From Chiloscyllium plagiosum (Eukaryota), in the NCBI RefSeq assembly GCF_004010195.1, contig NC_057719.1, positions 89,843,562 through 89,888,817 of the forward strand: DNA of 45,256 nucleotides. Reading direction: 5' to 3'. Below, in pieces: positions 1-9,722 of this stretch. Each line of letters opens with the position of its first letter. Position 1 is the first letter of the stretch. The position numbers and the translations under genes were made by a program. The notes below the pieces were generated by a model. That model did no database searches. It saw only the letters and a list, made by a program, of their open reading frames with translations, and was not told the DNA's origin.

Positions 1-107
1 ATACAGATGATAATGGAATAGTGTAGGTTAGATGGGCTTCGGATTGGTTTCACAGTTCAGCGAAATATCAAGGGCTGAAGGACCTGTAGCGCGCTGTTAT
101 GTTCTAT
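1..107 (+). mobile_element. 3' tail of a CR1-type LINE
   Basis: Ends in gggctgaaggacctgt...ctgttatgttctatg, the same tail type as the other CR1 copies here. Confidence 0.6.
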
Positions 108-130
108 GGGAGATTGGATCGAATTTATTT

Positions 131-488
131 GAACATAGTCCTACAAACTGGTCCGTGCCAACCAAAATGTCTGCCCATTTCCTTGCACTTGGCCCATATC
201 CTTCTAACCCTTTCCATGTATTTGTCCAAATGCCTTTTAAACAGTTACTGTACCCACCTCAATCATTTCCACTGGCAGCTCATTCCATATGCGTACCACC
301 CTCTGTGTAAAAGAAAGTTGCCCATCAGGTTCCATTTATTCTTTCCCCTCCAACCTTAAACTGATACCCTCATATCCTCGATTTCCCCAATCCTGGGAAA
401 AAGACTGCATACATTCATCCTATGCTTGTCTCGCATGATCTTGTACACCTCTATATGGTCCCCCTTCAGTCTCCTAGACTCTAAAGAA
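131..488 (-). mobile_element. CR1 LINE 3' fragment
   Basis: Minus ORF has SLESRRLKGDHIEVYKIM, the CR1 ORF2 C-terminal motif (RRLRGDLIEVYKI). Confidence 0.85.
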
Positions 489-491
489 TAA

Positions 492-584
492 CGCTGAAAA
501 TGTGTTGCTGGAAAAGCGCAGCAGGTCAGGCAGCATCCAAGGAGCAGGAGAATCGACATTTCGGGCATGAGCCCTTCTTCAGGA
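492..584 (-). mobile_element. Penelope-like terminal repeat (pLTR) fragment with a degenerate hammerhead core
   Basis: Reverse complement reads cctgaagaagggctcatgcccgaaatgtcga; same family as the copies at 4849 and 15701. Confidence 0.7.
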
Positions 585-1465
585 CCTGGACAACATATGG
601 GAAAATAGTATGTATAGCATCCTGGAGTTGCTATTGACTAGGAAGTGAACTGGATTAGCTATGTTCATAGTGTTGCTACAAGAGCAAGTCAGAGGCTAGG
701 AATCCTGCCACCACCTTGAGGTCAGGCTGGGTGTTAATATTTCTTCTAGTTCTGTTTATAACTTCTAGAATCCTATATACATTTTAATCAGCCTTCTCAA
801 AATGACCTGTTTTTTTCAAAGGTGTTTGTCAGTATGTTCCCTATGGCTTGGGCACCCCATTCTGACGGCGTATCATTTAGTTTAGATTACTTTGCTTCAT
901 TCTTATCAACCTGTGACTCATGTGCCTTGTGGCCAGTGTCCCTCAGTGATCTTGACCTGTCCTTGGGTGATTGCGCCCAGCAGGGGATAGCATTGCCAAT
1001 AGCTATTACTCCTCTGCTGGCTTTGGCTGCCATGACAGCTGCTTGCCTGTGATTAGTTATCCACTGTCCGGGCTTGGGTTTCTATCTGCAGAGCTTTTGA
1101 TCCTGGAGAAGGTTCCACCAGTGTCTAGGAAGATCTTCCCCCAAAGAAGGTAATCTAGGGCTCTCACTGGTTGTCCAGCAGTGGATGAGATCCTGGTCAC
1201 CTATGTGATAAGTGAGCATACAAATGATTATGTTTGATAAATTGCTGTTTAGACTTCAGCTGCAGTACTCTGGACAATTCTAGGACGCAAGCTTCAGAAA
1301 GGGTGTCAAAGCCTTTGAAAAGATACAGAAGGAGTCAATTAGGATGTTAGCATGAAGGTGGAATTTCAGTGATAAGAGACATTCAGATCGATCTCCTTCC
1401 AACAGCAAAGATCAAGAGATTTTTGAGGTTTTCAAGATTACATCTTTTGACTGAGCAAAGTAACC

Positions 1466-3966
1466 AAATCTGGCCATTCCCACAAGTGTGAGGGTGCCAC
1501 TGGCAATTTTTGTTCTTGTTGACGCTGTGAGCATTGTCCCACCAAAGCAGCTATGTCAGCATCTAGCCTTGGCCACCAGACATAGCTTCTTGCTAGCATC
1601 TTCATCTTGGAAACCCCTGGATGACCCTGGTGGAGTTCAGTCAGTATCTGGCAGCGACCTTTACCTGGGACAATCACTCTTGCTCCCCATAGTAATAAGC
1701 CATCCTCACAGTGATCTGGTCCTGACTGATCCAGAAGGGTGTTAATCTTGATTGTAATGGTCCTCCTGTTTCCCCATTACCAGCAGCTGTTTGCTTTGTT
1801 AGAACAAGATCTCCTTGTGTCCAAAGAAGGAAATTGTCAGAAGGGTGTCCAGAAAGTTTTAAAACCAGCACAAAGTCTTCCGGGAAGGAACCACCGGTGG
1901 AGTATCTGACCAAAAGGCGTGGCTCAAGGCAGCCACATTAGCCACTCGGCTTCCTGGGCTGTGTGCATTAACTGAGAATAAGGGCCCACTGCTGAATTCT
2001 ACCAGAAGTCATGGATGGTATTGCCTTGTCTTCCTTCGGAAGGTGATTGTGATTTGTTACTAGGACAAATTGCCATCCATAAAGATACTGATGGAACTTC
2101 CTCAGGCCAAAGATGAATACCAAACCTTCCTTCTGTATCTGGGCAGTTTTGCATTTGGCATCAGCCAACATCCAGGAAGCTATCAGGTGCTGCTCTCCTT
2201 CGGGCTGCTGGTGAGCCAACACTACCCCACACCATACGGGGATGCTTCACACGTCAGCTTCGGATCATAATGGGCCAACACCTTAGGTGACAGTAGCTGC
2301 TTTTTCACCTCCCTAACGGCTACTTTTTGGTTATGTGACTCATTTCCAAGGCTGACACTTTTTCAACACAGGTGACAAGATGGAGGCCAGGTTACATATG
2401 AAATTTCTGTATTAATTCACCAACTGAAGGAAAGGCCGAGGCTCTAGGGTAAACTTGGAAAGCTGGGGCTCTATTGAGCGTCCTTACTTTATCTTCCAAT
2501 GGGTGTAACCTGGTTTTGTCAACTCTATGACCCTGCTAGGTCTGTTGGGGTGCTTGGAACACACATTTTTCCCCTCTAAGGCATTAGTCCGCTTCAGAGA
2601 CACGTTTAAGCACCATGTGCAAGTGCTCTTTATTGATCTTCCCATTATCCAGATAAATGGGGTAGCCCTTGTAAAATGTTCTCCATGGTCCACTGGAAAA
2701 GGACACAAGTTGATGATACCCCAAATGGCAGTCTTGTATATTGTGGCATCCAGTTGCAATTGCAGGTAGGTGTGGCTCATGTCCAACTTCATAAAGAACA
2801 GCTCCCCCCCTCCCCCTCACTGCCATTCTTGCATACAGATCCTTGATGAGAGGGATTAAGTATTTATCCAGCTGGGGGAGGCAGTGTATCGCTTGCTTAA
2901 AATCCCCACAAAGGCAAACTGAACTGTCAGGCTTCACAATCGGTACGACTGGTGCTGCCCATTCTACAAGCTGCAGTGGTTTGGTGATTTCTTTGCCCTC
3001 CAGCCTCCTGATTTCTGCCTCTATTTCTGCCAGCAAGGAAAATAGCACAGGGCGGGCCTTGCCAAATTGTGGAATTGTTTCCTGGTCAACATATAAACTG
3101 GCTTTGGCCCCTTTGAAAGTCCCATGCCCCTTCTGTGTCTTTCATTAGGACTGCAGTGGGACAGCCATTTTCTAATTAAAATATGCTGAGCCAATTTAGG
3201 TGACTCTTTCTCAACCAATTCTGCTCCAATGGGCTTGGGCCTGAGCCTCTTGCTACCATCAGTGTTAATTGCACCAACTGCTTCTCAAAGGAGACCAGAA
3301 CCAAAGTTGTTCCCTTATTTGCAACGGTTCCCCAACATATGATCTCAGTCTGGCTGAGGTCTTGCTCAAAGTCCTGAGCGAATCTTGTTAAAGACTGGTT
3401 CTAACAACCATTGATACAGATGTACTGGTATTGACCTTCGTGAGAACCAGATGACCATTTAACCAAATGTTAATTTTAATTAGTTTCTGATTTGGATGTC
3501 ACTAAATTTATTCCAACGCACATGTTGGGGGACTTTCCAGGGTGCAGACTACTATGGATATCAGCCTTCAAGGTTTCTTACTCAAGTCAGGCCTTGTAGG
3601 CCTCCTTTGCTGTCTTGAGTCCACACACCAGCAGCAGCTACAATGGTTTGTTGGCCGAAATCCTGAAGAACTTCTTAGCCACTGGGGCAAGGTTCAGCTT
3701 TATTGTGGGGGGGGGGGGGCCAGCCTAGGGGTCCCTGTGTTCAGGATATGCACTCCGTGTAAATCTGTGATTACCTACACTTAAGTGGTGTTCCCCAACT
3801 GAGTTGGACAGGTGAGGGTATCCACTTCTTTTTGGAATGCCTGTAGTTCCCATACTCCACTTGCTGAATTTTCTAATGAGTTGTAGTGCCTGTTTGAGGT
3901 CCAGCTGGGCTTTGGCTAGTAAGCACTTCTCCACGGTTATGTCATTAATCCCACTCTCATCACTAC
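1466..3966 (-). mobile_element. Degenerate Ty3/Gypsy internal region (gag-protease-RT-RNase H-integrase Zn finger), K02A2.6/Mag-like
   Basis: Frameshifted minus-strand fragments in Gypsy order: GINDITVEKCLLAKAQLDLKQAL (gag), WAAPVVPIVKPDSSVCLCGDFK and KLDMSHTYLQLQLD (RT), AQIQKEGLVFIFGLRKFHQYLYG (RNase H), LHQGHPGVSKMKMLARSYVWWP (integrase). The integrase core and 3' LTR are missing. Confidence 0.9.
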
Positions 3967-4271
3967 TGAAATAAATGCAAGGAGGCTGGTATCCTGTCAC
4001 CAAGTCACCCTTTATTTACTTGTGCATAATATCAGCCAGCTTGGAGTCAGTCCCCCTAACTGAGGAGATTCTAAATCCCCTGTTTATACTTTTTTAGGAG
4101 ATTCTAAATCCCTTTTTTCTTTGTTATCCCACACTACTTTTTTCCCCCACAGCACCCATGTTGTGTGTCTGTAAGTGCAGGGACTCCGTGAAGACACCAT
4201 TTGTACAAATAATTTTATTCAATATTTCTATCACCAGGGAAAAAAACACCTATGTGACTAGGGAACCAGTA

Positions 4272-4525
4272 AGAACAAAAGAGAAGTACAGCACAGGAAC
4301 AGGCCCTTTGGCCTTCCTAATTAAACTAAAAAAAACCTTCTACCCTTATTCTGTCAATATCCCCCTATTCCTCCCTACTCATATAACCATCCCGATTCCT
4401 CTTAAATGTCGCCAACATGCCTGCATCCAACATGTCTTCTGGCAGTGCTTACCAAGCCCTCTATGTGCAAAACTTCTCCTGCACATCTCGCTTAAACTTG
4501 CCCCCCTCACCTTGAATCTGTCCCC
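4272..4525 (-). mobile_element. CR1 3' end nested in the first Tx1 unit
   Basis: agaagtacagcacaggaacaggccctttggcc is the reverse complement of the CR1 tail. Confidence 0.7.
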
Positions 4526-4848
4526 GATAGGGGCAAAGCTTGCATGAAGAAAGATTGGTGGAATTGGGTAGGGATTAAATCAAAATAGAGTTGGAGGTGG
4601 AAATAAAGTACTGCAACCCTGGGGTACCCATCTCTCCCTAAAGGCATCAAGGGCATTGTATGTGCTCCCTCTCCAAGGTCTCCTGGACTTGAATGTAGTC
4701 ACAGAAGTGGGGCAGATCTATACATATTTTTTTTTTCTTTTCTCACTTGTGGTTAGCCAGCTTGGAGTTGGTCCCTGAACTAAGGAGATTCTAATCTCCT
4801 GATTATCCTTTTTTTTTCCCTACCCCCTACACTACTGCTGTATGACTG

Positions 4849-5032
4849 GATTAGAGTGGTGCTGGAAAAGCACGGCAGTTCAGGCACCATCCTCGGAGCA
4901 GTAAAATCGACGTTTCGGGCAAAAGCCTTTCAGGGCTTTTCTGATGAAGGGCTTTTGCCCGAAACGTCGATTTTCCTGCTCCTCAGATGCATCTAGACTC
5001 TGGTTTCCAGCATCTGCAGTCATTGTTTTTAC
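4849..5032. mobile_element. Short inverted Penelope pLTR insertion with hammerhead core and 14-bp TSD
   Basis: TSD CTGCTGTATGACTG at 4835-4848 and 5033-5046; internal inverted repeat; CTGATGA-A-GGGC-TTTT-GCCC-GAAA-CGTC at 4941-4968. Confidence 0.8.
4941..4970 (+). ncRNA. Minimal type I hammerhead ribozyme core (Penelope-associated)
   Basis: CUGAUGA and GAAA boxes, 4-bp stem II, palindromic ACGU stem III and GUC triplet. Stem I is very weak in this copy, so activity is doubtful. Confidence 0.55.
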
Positions 5033-6840
5033 CTGCTGTATGACTGTACTGCTTGCGTTCCTCAGCACCCATGTTTGCATGTAGGTGCAAGATACATTGT
5101 AAACACCAAGTGAAAATAACTTTATTAGCATTCCACCACCAGGAAAGACACCCATGCAGCCAATGAAACAGTGACAAGCAAAGCCCAGAATAAGCAATGC
5201 TTACATGAAGAAAGGAGGTTGGGGACTAAATCAAAATAGAATTGGAGTGGGAAATAAAGCATTCCATTTCCTCAGTGTGCACCTCTCCCTAAAGGTATGC
5301 AGAGGATTGGTGGACACTGCATGCTCCTTCTCCAGTGATGCCCAGGCCCGAACATAATCCCTGTTTATACCTTTTTTTTTCCTTTTTTATTCTTTTTACT
5401 GCCCCTACATTACTGCCTAACTGCAGTAGTGCTTATTTTTCCTCCCGCACACGTGTGTGTGTGTGCAGGTGTGAGACACAGTGAAAGACACAAGGTGCAC
5501 GAATCTTTATTCAGTTTCCACCACCAGGAAGAAAGGAAACACCTGAGTGGCCAGTGACAAAGCAGTGTCCTTCACATCAAAGGGCAATGTTGTGTGATCA
5601 AACAGTGAAGGGGAGGACGGGGATTAAATCAAAATAGAGTCGGAGGGGGAAATAATACACTCCACTCCCTGCGGTGCCCACCTCTCCCTGAACAACTCCA
5701 GGGTGTTGGTGGACACCGCGTGCTCCTTCTCCAAGGACACCCGGGCTCTAATGGCCAGTGACAAGCACTGCCCTTCACATCAAAGGGCAGTGCTGTGTGA
5801 TCAAAACAGTGAAGGGGAGGGTAGGGACTAAATCAAAATAGAGTTGGAGGGAGAAATGATGCACTCCACTCCCTGCGGCGCCCACCTCTCCCTGAACAAC
5901 TCCAGGGTGTTGGTCGACACTGCGTGCTCCTTCTCCGAGGACACCCGGGCCCTAACGTAACCGCGGAAGTGGGGCAGGCAGTCGGCCCGAACGACCCCCT
6001 CCACGGCCCGCTGCCTGGACCTGTTAATGGCCAGTTTGGCCAGGCCCAGGAGTGGACCATCCCCGGTTTATATTTTTTTTTTCTTTCTTTTTTTTTCTTT
6101 ACCCCCACACTACCGCCTAAGTGCGGTAGTGCTTATTTTATCCCCAGCACCCATGGTGTGTGTGTGTGCAGGTGTGAGACACAGTGAAAGACACAAAGTG
6201 CACAAATCTTTATTCAAATTCCACCACCAGGAAGATAGGAAAACACCCGGGTGGCCAGTGACAAACACTGCCCTTCACATCAAAGGGCAGTGCTGTGTGA
6301 TCAAAACAGTGAAGGGGAGGGTAGGGACTAAATCAAAATAGAGTTGGAGGGAGAAATGATGCACTCCACTCCCTGCGGATGATCCCCTGTTTATTTTTTT
6401 CTTTTTTTCTTTTTTTTTTCTTCCATGGTGTGTGTGTGCAGGTGGGAGACACAGTGAAAGACACAAAGTGCATGAATCTTTATTCAAATTCCACCACCAG
6501 GAAGATAGGAAAACACCCGGGTGGCCAGTGACAAACACTGCCCTTCACATCAAAGGGCAGTGCTGTGTGATCAAAACAGTGAAGGGGAGGGTAGGGATTA
6601 AATCAAAATAGAATTGGAGGGAGAAATGATGCACTCCACTCCCTGCGGCGCCCACCTCTCCCTGAACAACTCCAGGGTGTTGGTGGACACCGCGTGCTCC
6701 TTCTCCAAGGACACCCGGGCTCTAACGTAGCCACGGAAAAGGGGCAGGCAGTCGGCCCTAACGACCCCCTCCACGGCCCGCTGCCTGGACCTGTTAATGG
6801 CCAGTTTGGCCAGGCCCAGGAGTGGACCATCCCCGGTTTA

Positions 6841-7144
6841 TTTTTTTTTAAAAATTTTTTTCCTGGTTATATTATTTTATTAAACAAATTACAAAAACAG
6901 TTTACAACAAACAGTTACATTTACAGCTGCATACAAGAGACAGCAATTTTACAAGGGAGAGGAGCAGCAAAGCCAGGCCCCAAACCCTACCATACATTTT
7001 TCAGGGACATGAGGACAAACCTCAAATCCCAGTTTCACAAAGATATAAAGAGACAACAGCAGTGACAGTTGTACATTAGACAGTACTGTTACATACAAAA
7101 GTGCAGACAATACAGACCCAGCAAGCCCCCGCCCCTCCCACCTC
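6841..7144 (-). mobile_element. Poly(A)-tailed retroposed 3' UTR of a different family at the same target site
   Basis: Poly(T)-rich start on +, flanked both sides by ATCCCCGGTTTAT (6829, 7145); no similarity to the neighbouring units and no ORF. Confidence 0.55.
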
Positions 7145-7250
7145 ATCCCCGGTTTATATTTATCAGCCAGGCCTTACTGATTGGCCCAGATTAACCACCT
7201 CAATCAAGGATCTCATAGTCTACGATATCCACCTGGTTCCAGTCACTACA

Positions 7251-7480
7251 GGAGGAAGTTCAGGAGCCCAGGATCTTAGCTGATGAAAATATGCTCCCCA
7301 ATAGTAGACTGATCGAAATCAAAGATGAACAAGACCAAGGTTGAAGAGATGCAGAAATTTGAAATGTAGAATCAGAGGGGATGACAAAGTGGCAGAGGTG
7401 GCACCATGAAGGATTTGGAAATGCTGAATTGCAGCTTTGCTCAGCTCGAAGCCAGTACAGGTCAGCAAGCTCATGTTGAG
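7251..7480 (-). mobile_element. Old L2-like LINE 3' fragment
   Basis: Degenerate resemblance to recalled shark L2 tails (ccatgaaggatttggaaatg...); weak. Confidence 0.35.
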
Positions 7481-7764
7481 GCATCATTGTCCATGATAGA
7501 AATCATCTCCCTAAAGTGGAGAAGATTGGACAGAATGATTATGCTAGTGATGTTTTTTAGACAAAACACTACCCACGATATTCAATAACCATTGTTTCTC
7601 CCTTTAACTTTCTTTGGTCTATGTTTATGTTCAGAATAAAGATGAAGAAAAATTATTTTGGAGGGAAGGGGATTCTAGATTGTTTCTGTGTAATTGTAAT
7701 TTAGTTTGTAAATGCGCTGCTTAAGAACTGTCACTCTAATGCTATTTCCTTGATATTTCTACAG

Positions 7765-7893
7765 CTCGGAAAGGTCCAGATGGGGTGGTAATTTCCAATA
7801 ATTACTGTGACTTCTGTCTTGGTGGGTCAAATATGAACAAGAAAACAGGCAGGGCTGAAGAGCTGGTCTCATGCTCAGACTGTGGGCGCTCCG
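7765..7893 (+). CDS. DPF3: DPF3 shared coding exon, N-terminal half of PHD finger 1
   Basis: Acceptor tttctacag|ct at 7764/7765 and donor tccg|gtaggt at 7893/7894; 129 nt, phase 1 at both ends. Translates [43 protein letters not shown], matching recalled human DPF3 [42 protein letters not shown]. Confidence 0.95.
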
Positions 7894-9332
7894 GTAGGTA
7901 CATCCCTGGAATTCTACCAAATTATCTTTCAGATGAACTCATTGACTTGCTTGATAACCATGGGACCTGGGAGACACATAGCGCTGCTATTGTCAGAACA
8001 AAATGATTAGTGCCTTGAGGAGAGACATGCACAGCTTCCTCTGAACGGACGTGCTGTGCTGCACCAGATATTTGCCAATAACAAAAATATATTTCAAGTG
8101 CGTTACTGACACTAGATTTTGCTGATAATGAACTAAGAACACAGGACTGAAAGAATACCAAGCATACAAACTGAGAGAAATATTAGAATTTGCAAATTAA
8201 ATGTCAGAGTAATTTTCTTTTTTAAACATCATGTTAGTTTTTTTAAAAATGCTTTATTCCATAGCCTAACACCTATTTGACAAATACAGATCAGAACTTT
8301 AAATTGCCACATAATTTTAACTTCACACTAACTCTGTGGTTGATGACTGTTTAACAGTTGGTGAAAGCTTCACACCTATTTGCTCGGCAGTTGAATTGTG
8401 TAATGTACAAGGTAGAATACAACACATCTCATTTTAGCTTAGTTTGCAGAATAGAGCAAAGGAAAGGTGAAACCCAGTTTTGGCTTTTAAGCTATGGTTC
8501 CTATTTCTTCACTGTTCTGACATTATTAGTGAAATTTGCAGCAGTTTAGTTTAGTATTTTAATATTGCAGTGATATTTTTAATTTTTCATTACATTTTCT
8601 CACACCCACCTCTCCTTTAATCAGTTTTAAAACAAAAATGAGACATTTCAATTGATGTACCATTTATACGCTTAGCTTGTGAATTTTAGCTATTGTTTTT
8701 CTGTGTTATTCCTACATCCTCACCATTCCCTAAAAATGTTCCTGAGGCTACTACTTGTGTTTATTGCATCGACATTCGAGGTTACGTGGATGTGAATTTG
8801 AGCTGCCTTTTTGTTGTTTAAAATACATTTCAACCCAGACTGATAGAACTGGAAATAAAAAGAAGTGCTCACACTAACCATAGATATCAAGTAAATAAAG
8901 GAAATACTGAAAAAGCCAAGAAGTCTGATCAGCACCCAAGAGACAAAACACGGCAACATCATGGGGAACCTTGCAGATATAACCTTTGTTTCAACCATAA
9001 GGATAAGTTTTTATTTAATTTTTATTTGCTTGTCAGGCATGCTGTGTAACCCCAACAATTTTTAATAATTCAAGCAAATTGTAATTCATCAAGAATTATA
9101 ATCAAACCGGAGTGACCAAATTTGGATTTCCACAATGTATTCCACCAAATACTATTTCAATATAAACAAGTCTAGTTTAAAGTATTTATGCAGCACACTT
9201 TAACTGGTTCCCAAGATACTTTGCATTTTATTTTTTAAAAAAAGAAGTGCTTAATTTCATTTCAGAAAATTCAGATTTTGTGTTTGGTTCTGAACCAAGT
9301 AAATTAAGAGATTTATGTTCTTCTAATCTCAT

Positions 9333-9382
9333 GATTAAATTTAACCCTTTCGCTGACTGATTTGTAACAGAAATAGCAGGGT
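9333..9382 (+). promoter_or_regulatory. Intronic box A of a long-range complementary pair
   Basis: TTAACCCTTTCGCTG (9341-9355) is the exact reverse complement of 11732-11746; the flanks add further pairing. Confidence 0.65.
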
Positions 9383-9534
9383 CTGAAGTTAAGATTTGAG
9401 GATTCTTGCTAGCATAGATCTTGTTATTTCAGAGGTAGGATCTATGATTGATTTTTTGATTTTTTTTCATTTTGTGTGTGTGTGTGTGTATTGCTGTACC
9501 CATGTGCTGATATGTACATCATCATACATGTTAG

Positions 9535-9722
9535 CTTATTTGGGACAAGGAGCCATAAAGGATCTGGACTTGCGAAATGCAGAGGATTTGTTTGGTGCAT
9601 CGTCTGAAAGTGACACTTCCACATTTCATGGCTTTGATGACGACGATATCGATGAACTGCTATCAAACAAAAGTGTTCATTCACCTGCTAATAAAGATGC
9701 AGATAACAAGTGCAGCAGCTAA
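9535..9722 (+). CDS. DPF3: DPF3a-specific alternative terminal exon (acidic disordered tail replacing the double PHD finger)
   Basis: Acceptor ttag|ct at 9534/9535 is phase-compatible with the 7893 donor. Gives AYLGQGAIKDLDLRNAEDLFGASSESDTSTFHGFDDDDIDELLSNKSVHSPANKDADNKCSS*, versus recalled human DPF3a AHLGGEG...EDLFGSTSESDTSTFHGFDEDD...GSPTADKKGSC. Confidence 0.92.

Larger units (their letters stand above)
4112..6828 (-). mobile_element. Tandem array of 5'-truncated Tx1-clade LINE 3' ends (copies about 4112-4715, 4809-5355, 5373-6058, 6073-6380, 6394-6828)
   Basis: Each unit on + is poly(T), 3' UTR, then ORF2 end. 6598-6828 (-) translates GPLLGLAKLAINRSRQRAVEGVVRADCLPLFRGYVRARVSLEKEHAVSTNTLELFRERWAPQGVECIISPSNSILI*, resembling the Xenopus Tx1 ORF2 C-terminus (LAKLAIYKSR...F...W...GVLC). 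Confidence 0.82.
3967..7250 (-). mobile_element. 5' LTR of the Gypsy element, split into 3967-4089 and 7145-7250 by about 3 kb of nested insertions
   Basis: Minus strand starts TGTAGTG at 7250, then CCAAT (7180-7184), TATAAA (7153-7158) and AATAAA (4011-4016). It ends ...TTTATTTCA at 3967 and is followed by a decayed PBS, gtagtgatgag (cf. tggcgacgag). Reconstructed length is about 215 bp. Confidence 0.7.

Noticed and set aside
590..1440. Possible additional DPF3 exon or Gypsy 3' LTR
   Set aside because: No DPF-like peptide with splice signals and no match to the 5' LTR; it looks like decayed repeat, with a CR1-like remnant at about 1290-1435.
4060..7160. Repeat-spacer-like pattern suggesting a CRISPR array
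   Set aside because: The intervening units are homologous LINE 3' ends hundreds of bp long, the context is eukaryotic, and there are no cas genes.
7894..8006. In-frame read-through of the shared exon ([11 protein letters not shown]...)
   Set aside because: Follows a good GT donor and resembles nothing I recognise; intron retention cannot be supported from sequence alone.
9396..9534. N-terminal part of the 108-aa ORF
   Set aside because: Intronic low-complexity sequence; DPF3a similarity starts only at the 9535 acceptor.
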